A DNA stretch of 64,000 bases, from contig NW_026262745.1 in the NCBI RefSeq assembly GCF_021869535.1, forward strand, positions 12,524,001 through 12,588,000, given 5' to 3'. This document shows positions 1-11,250 of the stretch, piece by piece (the stretch's first letter is position 1; every line of letters begins with the position of its first letter). Under the pieces are notes generated by a model. The model was not told the origin of the DNA. It did no database searches and saw only the letters and a program-made list of their open reading frames with translations. The translations under genes were made by a program, and so were the position numbers. The stretch comes from Mytilus californianus (Eukaryota).

Positions 1-47
1 TATTACTCCGAATTATCATCCTGCCAAAAACAATATCGACACAATAA

Positions 48-308
48 TTACTTGCACTGAACAACTCCTCTGTTCATTAATGGACCTTCTTTGAATAAGA
101 ACAGTGCTGGCCAAACGACAAAATCTAATATATCGCCATCTTTAGTGTAAGGTTTGAAGTAAGTCTTGTCTATGTTGTTTATCGCACTGTCAAATTGCAA
201 ATACATTTCTGGTGACTTTATCCTCATGTAAAAACACATTTCAATACACCGCTGTATGTAGTTAGTACATATTGATATACTACTGTCTTTTGATTTTGCA
301 GAAAGCAC
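48..308 (-). CDS. Mieap-like gene, terminal exon
   Basis: Acceptor AG at 310-309; VLSAK...VVWPALFLFKEGPLMNRGVVQCK; TAA at 50-48. Confidence 0.85.
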   Translation of the reverse strand: MLSAKSKDSSISICTNYIQRCIEMCFYMRIKSPEMYLQFDSAINNIDKTYFKPYTKDGDILDFVVWPALFLFKEGPLMNRGVVQCK

Positions 309-3300
309 CTAGAAAATGAGAAACTATATTCTATCTAATTTGGAAATTTCATAGTAGAATGTGTTGGTATTTTTTAACTTTATTCATTGCATCCAAACAT
401 TCGCCTTTGAGCGTTACTGATGTAGGTAAATCCAGAAAAGCGCTTCGGACCCTTAACCTTTATATAGTGCTGTTTGCATTTTTTGTAAAATACGACTTTT
501 TGTCGATGATAAATGAAACGTCTGGAGCAAATAATGACTTACTTTTCACACGACGGTCGTTTATTTCTACTCTGACAGTTTTACTAATAAAAAAATAATT
601 GAACCGTGATATTTTTTTAATGGGCATTAAACAACTTGTTTTTTTAATTTTTAGCCAATTAACTAAGGATTAATTTACCTTTTCGATTTCTCTTTGCAAA
701 TGATGAATGACACAAGAAGATATCGAAACCAAAAACTCTAAAATACGACTACGAGGACATTGCTGAAAGTACAAAGAAACTACAAAAGTAACGCAAGAAA
801 AATAGTACAATAATTAAGCATTCAAATGCTTAAATCCCATCAGTTCTTGATCAAGATACGATTTTACATTAACTGCAATATCATTGCAATCACTAAGAAG
901 TCTTATTTCACGATTAGAGTTTTATTCAAGTTTAAACTTTGTCTATGGTGTAAAGGAAGGGTTCACAATTATTTTTCCAATTAACAATAAAATGACTAAA
1001 ACAAACTGTTTAAACTTAGTCTATAGTGTAAAGTTAGGGCTCACAATTCATTTTTCCAATTAACAATAAAAGGACTAAAACAAACAGTTTAAACTTAGTC
1101 TACAGTGAAAAGTTAGGGTTCATAATTTATTTTTCGAATTAACAATAAAAGGACTAAAACAAACTGTTTAAACTTAGTCTATAGTGTAAAGTTAGGGTTC
1201 ACAATTTATTTTTCCAATTAACAATAAAAGGACTAAAACAAACTGTTTAAACTTAGTCTATAGTGTAAAGTTAGGGTTCACAATTTATTTTTCCAATTAA
1301 CAATAAAAGGACTAAAACAAACTGTTTAAACTTAGTCTATAGTGTAAAGTTAGGGTTCACAATTTATTTTTCCAATTAACAATAAAAGGACTAAAACAAA
1401 CAGTTTAAACTTAGTCTACAGTGAAAAGTTAGGGTTCATAATTTATTTTTCGAATTAACAATAAAAGGACTAAAACAAACTGTTTAAACTTAGTCTATAG
1501 TGTAAAGTTAGGGTTCACAATTTATTTTTCCAATTAACAATAAAAGGACTAAAACAAACTGTTTAAACTTAGTCTATAGTGTAAAGTTAGGGTTCACAAT
1601 TTATTTTTCCAATTAACAATAAAAGGACTAAAACAAACAGTTTAAACTTAGTCTACAGTGAAAAGTTAGGGTTCATAATTTATTTTTCGAATTAACAATA
1701 AAAGGACTAAAACAAACTGTTTAAACTTAGTCTATAGTGTAAAGTTAGGGTTCACAATTTATTTTTCCAATTAACAATAAAAGGACTAAAACAAACTGTT
1801 TAAACTTAGTCTATAGTGTAAAGTTAGGGTTCACAATTTATTTTTCCAATTAACAATAAAAGTACTAAAACAAATAGTTTAAACTTAGTCTATAGTGTAA
1901 AGTTAGGGTTCACAATTTTTTTTTCTAATTAACAATAAAGGGACAAAAAACAAACATTTTTCAAAATTCATGTTCAAAATCTACATTTTCATGCACATTA
2001 GAAACCGTAAAATGTAAATAATGTAAAACCATGTACATAATGTTATCTTCATTTCATTGTTTATTAATTTGCATATACAAGGTAATAAATCATAATAGAA
2101 CGGCTGAGCACAAAAATCACTTGTTAAACATACCTGGTTGCAGACAAACCATTCCTGAATGTGACTAGAGAATTTACCAACCTGGTCTAATGTTTCTTCA
2201 TATATAACCTGAAATGTTTAAATCATTATTATTTTGCATCCAATAGTTTGAAAGTTTGAGTAATAAGTCAATATCATTTGTGCAATCAACTACTAGTATT
2301 TGAGAATAATGTTGAAAATAAATTGTGACTTAAAGATCTTTTGTTAGTGTCTGAAGTCCCTCATCAAGTTATGTCTTCTTCCACAGCTGATGCTTGTAGC
2401 TGATATAAAAAAATGTTCGTTTCTCTCCTGGATATTCATTGGATTAAATAATTTTTGATTCATTTGGTAATTCATTTGGTACATTAAGACAAATTTTCGC
2501 TAGCCAAGTGTTACAATCCTATCACCTTCCCTTCACTCCACGAGACGATTGGAGAGGACCGGATCGTACCCCCTTTGATTGCGAAGATGGGTTTTATTCT
2601 ACAGTCTGGTTTATTTTTCACTAGTTACATGTAATGCACATGAATACAATTTACCATTATTGTAGAATGTTTCGAGCTTTCATCCCAGGCATTTATTTTG
2701 CGCTAAAATAAATACAATAAAATATAAAACTGAATTAAATATATACGGATTCCTCGAAAGGACAAGTTTCATTTATTCCGTGGTCTTGGTAAGTTAGTAG
2801 TACCTTCAAGAGATTTAAAAGGATATCAACTGCGCTTTGTTCATCTAGTTTCTCATCTTTTGACTGCAGACCAGTAAAAGCATCTAGCCATTCGTTGTCA
2901 TATATATCACCAAGCATTTCAGCTAGCTTCTGTGGTCTGTTTGGATCATTTAGATTAGTAATTTGGGGATTGTTCTCTTGTAACTGCTTCCCCATCAATT
3001 CACTCAATCTGAAATATGTTTTGATATTATATTCTTATTTGAATTATATATAATTGCTACTAGAATCTTAAAGGAAACGTTGCTCTTGCTTTTTCTACAA
3101 ATGCTTGTATGTTTAAGTTTGTCATCTTATATAGGATCTTGGACTGTTCGTTTTTAAATGTTCGAATCATAAGGGTAATTTTTGAAGAATAATTCAAAAA
3201 TTATAGCTTTTATAGTAGTAGATGGTCCATAGTACACTCATCATAGATACTAGGAATAAGATTTTGTACACCGGACGCGCGTTTCATCTAAAAAAGCCTG

Positions 3301-6200
3301 ATCCGTGAAGCTCGAATGAAAAATGCTAAAAAGGCCAAATAAAATACGAAGTTCAAGAGCATTGAGCCATGTTAGTATACTCTAGGGCGTTAATACATTC
3401 TTAACAGTGCCAGTATTCCAGGTTTTAGAAATGGAGTAGACCTATACAATGCAGACTATACGACAAGGTTAGATATAATCTCAAACTTAGCAGGAAGAAA
3501 CTCACCGTAATACAAGCTCGTTCTTTTCTTGATGACACTGTATAAGATCTTTTTTACAATCTTCTAACTCTCTTTTCAAACTGAAAAAAAGTAGTATTTT
3601 ATAAGTTGTATCAAGAATAAAACTGAATTCGTGAAACTAGTGTTCTATGAACACATAATTGCCACCTAGTATTGGCTATGCCATATAATTAATAAATTCT
3701 TAGTTAATAAATGATTGACTCTAAGCTTCTCTGACAAGGCTGAAATTGTGAAAATACATTTGGTTACATCTACTAACGGATTGTACCTCTATGGCTTACC
3801 TAACGCTCCGGCTGGTCGTTCCGAAGGAAGGTCATTTAGAAAAGAGTTCGAACTGAACAAATTCGGTATATTTGATTTAGAATTTTTATGACGTAAAAAC
3901 ATAACCCACAAACATGCGCCAAGTTACAACACAATTAGTCCTAATCAATAAAGGTTCTAACCTATCTATTGTCACTTGCGTATCTTCATGATGAACTTGT
4001 TTGTCTGTTCTTTGATCTCTTGTTTGACCTTTTAATGTCTCGCTAAAAAAAGTCTAAATGTTGTGAAAAATAAATTCAAAATAACAATGATACAAATGTT
4101 AAAAGGCTCGAGAAAATAAACTATGGTCGTTTAATATCAAATGTTTTTTAAATTTTCAACTGATTTTGATATTTAAAATCTGTTAATAATAGTTTAAAAA
4201 ATAAATACAGAATGTGTTCATGGGACACAGATGATGCCCCCTGTTTGCATATAACGTTATAAAGAGTTTTTGTATGAACATATACTTTACTTTTATGCAC
4301 ACCTTTTTATTTTTATGAACATATTTTTAGGAAAATTGCAACGGTTGACACGCCATAATCAAATTTTACATTTTCACATGTCGGAAAGTAAAGCATTATT
4401 GTACCTCTTCTTACCTATAGCAATTGCCTGGAATTTGTGTGGGTCAACCGTCTTTAATTTTTAATGAAATAATTATATTTGTGCTTCATTTAAAAGAGAG
4501 GCGAAAGATATCAAGGGAATATTCAAACTCATAAGTCAATAACAAACTGACAGCGCCATGACAAAAAACGAAAAACGACGAAAAGACAATCCACAGTATA
4601 CAAAACACAACACAGAAAACTAAAGACTGAACAACACGAAACCAACTAAAATCCTGGTTGATCTCAGGTTGCAACTCCGTCGGGCAATATTGAATTCATA
4701 GGTGGTTTTAGCTTTGCTGTTGAGGCTTTTTGGGAAAGTTCCCGTAAGTTTTAAATTTTAAGTTTTGAACTTTAATCTTCGAGCATTGTTATTTTTGGAA
4801 ACATTGGTCACAAACACGAACGGAATTGCAGAATACATTTTTGATTTTATAAAAAACGCACCCACACCAAATTTTAAATAGATTTTTATAGTTTGAACCT
4901 GACAAGGACAAAATATCCTAATCAGTATCAATACATGAGCAAGTTTAAAACCAGAAAATACCGCAGTGTCATTTGAAATAAAACCACATTTAAATTAAGC
5001 TTTAGTATGAAGCTTGCTGTACCACTTTGGTCTCAGTTACTAAAATATTTCCAATCGATCACATGTTCTTTTCAGGTTCTAATAAATAATTTCAAAGAAT
5101 AGAAGCAGAGAGACATAAACAAAAGGCATACATAAATGTATTGATAATGATTTACCTCCAAATCGAAGTCGCTGTTACGTTGTTGCAATCGGCTCTTTTT
5201 TTCTTTTTACTGAAAAAAATAGTGTGATTCATGAAAAATACTCATATTCTAGAGAATGATTTCAAAGTATTTAGGGTACCTCCTTAGTAGAATTTCCGTT
5301 TTGTTTTTCGGTTGTTCAAGGTTCATTCTTTTTGTAAAGTAAGCTCATAAACAATAATTATGAGTGTTAGTGTTGATTTACCCGAATTGGTCAAATCCAA
5401 ATGCTGATCGAGGCATCAGACAGAAGTTTTGTTATGCCCATTCACAGAAACGCCTAACCACAAAATGTTTAGAAATGGTGAATTATGTTGCACATTCTAG
5501 TATACGTTAATTAAAAATTGATATTGAATATTATTTTTAATCAGTAAAGCTCAATTGCATACAAATGAGGTTTTGTTCGTCATGTTTACATCATCTTTAA
5601 AATCACTTTTAAAATCCCGTTCTCTTGTCATCGAATTTGATCTAACGAATTAGTCTTACAATATCGCGGGGTTTGTTCTTACAAGAGTAACACGACGGGT
5701 GCCACATATGGAGCTTAATCTGCTTACCCTTCTGGAGCATCCGAGATCACCTCCGCTTTTTGATAGGGTTCGTGTTACTCAGTTGTTTGTTTTCTATGTT
5801 GTGTTTTGTGTAGTGTTGTTAATCTTTTCGTCGTTTTTCATTTTTTGCCATGGCATTGTCAGTTTGTTATCGTCTTTGGTATCTTTCGCCTCTTTTCTTA
5901 AGTAATTGTTATTTGTGCTGCACATGTTTCAGCATTTTTTCATTACTTTTGATTTTGCAGAATTTCATTTTCTTATCCCTCTCTAGTGTACCAAACGTTT
6001 GGCTTTGAAATGTTTTGAAGAACGTTAATGTAGTAAAAAAAACAACATATCTATAATAAAACAATTATGTGCTAAACTTTGAACAGTTATACAAACCGTG
6101 AAAAACAACACCAGTATGTATATTCCATGTCTTCTTCTGGATTTATTTGTCTTTCATAATTCGAACATTCAGCAACATTGTACGTTTTTCGTCTTCCCAT
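48..6200 (-). CDS. Multi-exon gene, mitochondria-eating protein (Mieap/SPATA18) C-terminal-domain-like; possibly disrupted
   Basis: Exons 6112-6200, 5156-5209, 3980-4042, 3800-3852, 3506-3580, 2804-3008, 2134-2208, 48-308. Motifs EKNELVLRLSELMG, NNPQITNLNDPNRPQKLAEMLGDIYDNEWLDAF and RCIEMCFYM...DILDFVVWPALFLFKEGPLMNRGVVQ match the expanded bivalve Mieap-like family as I recall it. One phase break (3800 to 3580) is unresolved. Confidence 0.65.
411..452 (+). ncRNA. Degenerate minimal type I hammerhead ribozyme motif (AAGCGCTT family)
   Basis: gcgtta-CTGATGT-aggtaaatcca-GAA-AAGCGCTT-C-ggaccc; core A9 changed to U and stem I weakened. Confidence 0.6.
868..942 (-). pseudogene. Possible phase-0/0 exon of the Mieap-like gene carrying an in-frame TAA
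   Basis: Acceptor cttcctttacaccatag, reads TKFKLE*NSNREIRLLSDCNDIAVN, donor gtaaaa; stop at 924-922. Confidence 0.3.
931..1945. repeat. 79-bp minisatellite, about 12-13 copies, intronic
   Basis: Unit aaagttagggttcacaatttatttttccaattaacaataaaaggactaaaacaaactgtttaaacttagtctatagtgt; aagttaggg at 1031 and 1110 (79 apart). Confidence 0.97.
2134..2208 (-). CDS. Mieap-like gene, internal exon
   Basis: tttcag|VIYEETLDQVGKFSSHIQEWFVCNQ|gtatgt, 75 nt, phase 0/0. Confidence 0.7.
2804..3008 (-). CDS. Mieap-like gene, conserved exon
   Basis: tttcag|A-LSELMGKQLQENNPQ...LLNLLK|gtacta, 205 nt, phase 2/0. Confidence 0.9.
3235..3370 (-). mobile_element. Retrozyme/Penelope-associated dispersed repeat (family C) with degenerate hammerhead at 3268-3311
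   Basis: Same sequence as 7050-7335 and 14050-14185; minus strand gcttca-CGGATCA-ggcttttttagat-GAA-ACGCGCGT-C-cggtgt. Confidence 0.7.
3506..3580 (-). CDS. Mieap-like gene, coiled-coil exon
   Basis: tttttcag|LKRELEDCKKDLIQCHQEKNELVLR|gtgagt, phase 2/2, joins the next exon in frame. Confidence 0.8.
3800..3852 (-). CDS. Mieap-like gene, candidate small exon
   Basis: ttgttcag|SNSFLNDLPSERPAGAL-G|gtaagc; ends in phase 1, which does not match the next exon. Confidence 0.45.
3980..4042 (-). CDS. Mieap-like gene, candidate exon with GC donor
   Basis: ttttttag|ETLKGQTRDQRTDKQVHHEDT|gcaagt, phase 2/2. Confidence 0.55.
4490..4675 (-). mobile_element. Dispersed repeat family B (3' tail of a Penelope-like element)
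   Basis: Matches 5640-5905, 6770-6985, 22150-22705, 32085-32290 and 58340-58680; at 57.8-58.9 kb this family is contiguous with PLE RT C-terminal coding remnants. Confidence 0.7.
5156..5209 (-). CDS. Mieap-like gene, candidate exon
   Basis: tttttcag|KKKKRADCNNVTATSIW-AG|gtaaat, 54 nt, phase 2/2. Confidence 0.5.
5640..5905 (+). mobile_element. Dispersed repeat family B copy
   Basis: gagtaacacgacgggtgccacatatggagc...cttacccttctggagcat...gtcagtttgttatcg. Confidence 0.75.
6112..6200 (-). CDS. Mieap-like gene, candidate first coding exon
   Basis: tttttatag|T-ATG: MGRRKTYNVAECSNYERQINPEEDMEYTY; weak donor gtgttg, phase 2. Confidence 0.4.
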
Positions 6201-6769
6201 ACTATAAAAACACTACTTTGATGTAAATAACATGCAGTATAATGTTTCCCATGCGTATAGCATTCTGATTCTTCAGTAACATACATACATGGTTCGTTCT
6301 CTCTAATTTCTAGGCGAATTTAGGTTTATTCATTTTTGGCAAATCCAAAACATATAACTACATGTACCATTATTATCCATGGAAGTCTTATAGTTAACTG
6401 CCATAACAAAAGTAGAAAAAAGCAAGTTTACTTAACGTTTCAATTTTTGTAATTGAATTATGATAATAACTGGATTCTACAAATACAGTTCTGACTGGGT
6501 ATGTGTATGTGAACACAGGGTATACTTCTACTCTCGAAGCATTTGATGTCAAATCCAATTCATATGTAAGTGTATGCTACCTAGCGTTTGTTATTAATGT
6601 TATTTGAACACACCTTATCTTTTATATTAGTTGTTTCTTGATAATGTTCTGAGATTTTTCCAGCTATAGTCGATTTCAACTTTACTACTTGCAATTGTCG
6701 TAGCCACAATCACGTCTTCTTTCTTCGTTTATGACATTATCTATTGCTATCACCAGAGTTTCCTTGTCA

Positions 6770-6985
6770 TTAGCAACACAACATATATGCTACATGTGGA
6801 GAAGAATTTTCTTGCTTTCAAGAGCACATGAGTTCATCCCTTGTTTCTGTTAGGGTTTTATTTGCTCTATGTTTAATTTTCTGTGTAATGTGTTGTATGT
6901 TTTTTCATGTATGTTTTTGCCATTTTGTTTTCTTTTTTTCTTCGCCTTATGGTTTGCGATTACCCCTAGGTATCTTTTTACCATT
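6770..6985 (+). mobile_element. Dispersed repeat family B copy (degenerate)
   Basis: gctacatgtggagaag...agagcacatgagttcatccc...ttttgccattttg. Confidence 0.6.
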
Positions 6986-7049
6986 TTAATTGATTGTTTT
7001 GATGGCAAATTTCCAAAATGCTGTCCTGCAAATCACAATTTCTGTTATT

Positions 7050-7335
7050 AAAAAACCTCATCATAGATACCAAGCTATAATTTTGTACGTCAGACGCGCG
7101 TTTCGTCTACAAAAGACGCACCAGGGACGCCCGAATAAAAAAAGTTAAAAGGTAAAAAATGAACGATGTTGAAAAGCATTGAGTACTTGAAATTCCAAAA
7201 CTTTTGCCAAATGCAGCTAAGGTAATCTTTTCCTGGTGTACAAAATGTATTTCGAACAATACAGAGTTTTGAAAACAGTTAATGTATAAATATGACCATA
7301 TCAATGATATTTCATGTCAACACCGAAGTGCTGAC
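7050..7335 (-). mobile_element. Retrozyme/Penelope-associated repeat (family C) with degenerate hammerhead at 7087-7130
   Basis: Minus strand gcgtcc-CTGGTGC-gtcttttgtagac-GAA-ACGCGCGT-C-tgacgt. Confidence 0.75.
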
Positions 7336-8145
7336 TAATTACCCATCATGACGATACTACTTTCTCTTATTTTGTTTTACCAAATTACAGCATATTTGTT
7401 TTTATATTTTTCATGGAAATAAAAACTTAAGCTACCCATATCAGTGTGCACAACATATGATTCTGTTACCATCGTAACCAAAGGTTTAAAGATTGAAAAA
7501 TACTAAACTTTTGAGAGTATTAAGACAAAAGCAACCTAAACAGAAACAGCAACCTCATCTATGAGGAGCTTTGCCCTTCAATGAATTAACTATTTATTGT
7601 CAAGAAAATATTCCTCAGAGTTTAAATTCTTTAGTCCCAAGTGTATCATCAGCCCAATAGCCAGTACTTCGATACTGGCATGACAATATGGATATTGTTT
7701 GGTTTAAATTTTATAATCCTTGTAAAAAGTAAAATAACAAAAATACCGAACGCCAAGGAAAATTCAAAACAGAAATTTCTGTATCAAATGGCATTTTCAA
7801 AAGCTCAAACACATCAAACGAATGGAAAACAACTGTCATATTCCTGACTTGGTACAGGCATTTCCTTATGTAGAAAATGGTGGATTAAACCTGGTTTTAT
7901 AGCTAGCTTAACCTCTCAATGAGAATAAAAAGAGAGACGAAAGAAACCAAAGGGATATTCAAGTACAAAAGTTAAAAACAAATCAACAATGCATTGGCAA
8001 AAAACGAAAAACGTCAAAATATAAAGGAATTCATTGCCCTGGTGCATATATTCAATTCCTTGCCGAGTTTGATTTACTTTTGGTCCTTTTGATCAGCTCT
8101 TTTACGTTTATATTAGATTTTCAACTTTCAATATTTGTGCATCGA

Positions 8146-8189
8146 GCATAACTGAAGAGACATTGATTATCGAAATGCGTATCTGGTGC
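8146..8189 (+). ncRNA. Minimal type I hammerhead ribozyme motif with intact catalytic core (ATGCGCAT-type)
   Basis: gcataa-CTGAAGA-gacattgattatc-GAA-ATGCGTAT-C(8183)-tggtgc; CUGANGA and GAAA boxes and an AUC triplet are present; single mismatches in stems I and II. Confidence 0.7.
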
Positions 8190-8889
8190 AGCACAATCCC
8201 TCAATGGTATTTTAACACTGTTTAGCTGCACCTTTCGATTTATACCTGTTATTTCAGCGTTTCAGATTTTGTGATGGGTTTCGGATTTCCAAATAGTCTT
8301 GTCTCAGGCGGTGGTGGCATTGTTTTTCTAAATGTGCCTCTTATGCCTAAAATTGTCCCCGTTTATTGAAATCACAGGGTACATGTATCTATTTTTACTT
8401 CATTAAACGAATGTTCATGTAGTGTTAAGTTGTAAAAATACGTCAACATGTGCATGTACGAGTCGTATTCTCGTTGCAATTTGGTAATTTTATATGGTTC
8501 ATTAATTCTGTTTATTCACTGTCTATCCTGTGTTGAAGTTTGTATCAATTATTATAAAGATATTTTTTGCATTCATTTGTCTTTTAAATCATTGTTTTCT
8601 TTCGGCGTAATGTTTAAAATTTCATAAAAAAAATCGGAAAATTTATGGAACTATGTTTTGCAATTAAGTAGCCATTAATACGCCAATTGAAATACCAGAG
8701 TAAACATTTTTGAAACGCTTGCATATTTCAGTCGGTCAGTGTATGTCTTTTACAAGTTATCTCGATACGCGTCATAGTGATATAGGAACGATGATGTGTT
8801 TGTATTGACAGTTGCATATACATGTTATCAGGTTTCACATGGGATTGACGGTGTTTTGAAACAAAACTTTACAAAATAAAAATAAGAGA

Positions 8890-9230
8890 ACTAAGCGTTA
8901 TGATTGCCAATGAAACAGCTATTAAGATGAGAAAAAAGGACGAGCATGTAATCAGAAATAGGTCATCATACGGCCTTCAACAATTATAAAACAAGTACAG
9001 TAAAGTAAAATATATACAAAGCATTTATATACGATAGAAAAAAAATTCATGAAAACCAGCGGCCAGATTACAGGCTCCTGAATCGGCACAGGCACATACA
9101 GACAGTTACATAAGATTAAATATACGTTTGAGTGCTCAACTGAACCCCACTGAATTGAGACAGTGGTGTAACATTACAACCTACAAATGAACTGTAAAAT
9201 TCAGTTGGAAAAGGATTGATTCATCAGATC
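8890..9230 (+). mobile_element. Dispersed repeat family A copy
   Basis: tatgattgccaatgaaacagct...ggccttcaac...acaggctcctga; matches 26228-26690. Confidence 0.65.
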
Positions 9231-9714
9231 GGAAAAAAATACAAACATAACTATCCAAAAGACAAAAGACATTAAATAATGATATAAGTGTTATTGTAGT
9301 TACCCAAAGTTAGTTCAAAGCCATTGGAAACTTATAAATACACAATTTCCTCCAGAATGATATATCAATCAGTACACATTCAACTGATTTAGCGTAAAGC
9401 CGTCATATAATTTATATTCAACCAATAAAATAGTTTAGTGTTCAACCCATAACTCTAAATAGTTCCAATCATTTTAGAAAATATCAGTAGGGATACTGAA
9501 AATTTTGACGAAGCTGATAAAGTTTTATAAAAACATCACAGCTTTTTCAAAGAATATTTCATAATAAAAAGTCATATGTAAATTTTGTTAAGGGCTAACG
9601 AAAGAACTAGCAGGAAAAACGATTTCTTCGGTATCATCCGATCAGTAGGCTAACTTTTAAGTAATCACATGATTTGAAATAAGGATTACATGATACATTA
9701 ACTTATAATAGATA

Positions 9715-9975
9715 TAATGACTTCTAATGAGACATCTATCCACCTGAGATCAAAGAATGAACATGTAAACAACTATATGTCACTGTACGGCCTTCAACAG
9801 TGAACAAAAACATACCATATAGTAAGGTGTCGAAGGTACCGTTTTGACTAAATGTGAAACTATTAAATAGTGAAAAACAACAGCCTGATTTATGCTAAAA
9901 ACAATTAACGGAAAACAAATATGGCAGACAGCAACCAACAAACAACTACTGCATAACAGGTTCCTGACTTCTGAT
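9715..9975 (+). mobile_element. Dispersed repeat family A copy
   Basis: aatgagacatctatccac...tacggccttcaacagtg...ggttcctgact. Confidence 0.65.
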
Positions 9976-10265
9976 AGACATACTCAAAATTTGGGAAGCT
10001 AAGGTTGCACTTGCCAATGAAATAGTTAATCTGAACAGTTTTGCTTTTTTATTTATAGAAATAAGGAGATGTTGGGTGATTGTTAAGTGAGACAACTGTT
10101 ATATGAAACTGAATTAAACTTAATTAAAATTATTTGTTGGTATGACATTTTTTTCTTCAATGATTCGTTTCTGAATACATTCTTTTTAACTTTTGTGTAG
10201 GTTTTGGATTTAATGGCCCAACGGCTTTAAGATCACATTTCATAAACTTTAGGTGTTATGAGTAC

Positions 10266-10428
10266 CTGCATGATAACAGTATATCTAGAACAGCCAGATT
10301 GGAATCGTTTTAAAAATAACTTAATTTCAGCATTTCTATCAGTTAACTTTCTTACTGGTGGTATCCCATATAAAGTACAAGCCGGTGAATATTGTACGTA
10401 ATCAACAGTATCAAAATTATTAGGCATA
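10266..10428 (-). other. Orphan exon-like segment
   Basis: ttctgtaag|T-MPNNFDTVDYVQYSPACTLYGIPPVRKLTDRNAEIKLFLKRFQSGCSRYTVIMQ|gtactc; not linked to any gene. Confidence 0.3.
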
Positions 10429-11038
10429 CTTACAGAATGAAACGGATTAATGACATATGTCTATCTGTTTCTAAAAGGACCTATACAAAAAAGTAGTTCA
10501 AAGATAAGTAACTGCATGCAGATAAAAAAATCCTGAATTGCAGGTTTAATAATTGATAAAATTGGTTTAGAATTCTTTTCTATTATCAGTTGTAATTTTA
10601 CTGATTGTGACATGTTGACTGAGGGCAAATTCGCATGGCGGGTGATGCATACATAGCAGGAGATGCTTACTCAGTAGACGCACACGGGCATGCTCCTTTT
10701 GAAGTTCATGTGATTTCCTCAGCTTTTATTTGTTATCTTAATTTGTCTCTTCCTAATCGATTTACGAGATTTGAACATCAGTAAACTTCTGTCGCCTTAA
10801 TCTATTACTATTTTAAACATTTTAAACAACAATAATAAATTTTCAGAGGATAGTTATCGATAAAATTATGTAAAGGAATATTGCTAAACTGAAAGGAATC
10901 GGACACAAGATTGACAGATTTCAAAGGGATTTTCCCAATTTTATAAATATTCGAGCAAATAAACTTCAGCAATACTTATATATATATACAATTATAACCA
11001 TGTGGAAATCAATACAACTTTATTTATAGCAATTGAAA

Positions 11039-11250
11039 CCATACATATGTAGACATGCACTATAAAGCAAGTCAGATTTCGAAAGTTTTTAGAACTGAAG
11101 TATCGCATGTACCAAAAAAGATTTTTTTTTAAAGTGAAAACTATTTTTAACAACTTAACGCCATACATATGTGCACATGCATAATAAAGAAAAAACCAAT
11201 TCATGGAGTTCTTTGAACTGAAATATTGCATGTGCCAAAAACGATTAAAA
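11039..11250. repeat. Degenerate two-copy tandem duplication, about 122 bp
   Basis: ccatacatatgt(a/g)(g/c)acatgca...gaactgaa...gcatgt(a/g)ccaaaaa at 11039 and 11161. Confidence 0.55.

Noticed and set aside
931-1945. CRISPR array or interstitial telomere
   Set aside because: Units are contiguous and near-identical with no unique spacers, no cas genes and a eukaryotic context; TTAGGG occurs once per unit, never in tandem
2330-2518. Extra Mieap-like exon starting DCNTWLAKIC
   Set aside because: Stops occur in all frames before a usable donor, and exon 2134-2208 already joins 2804 in phase
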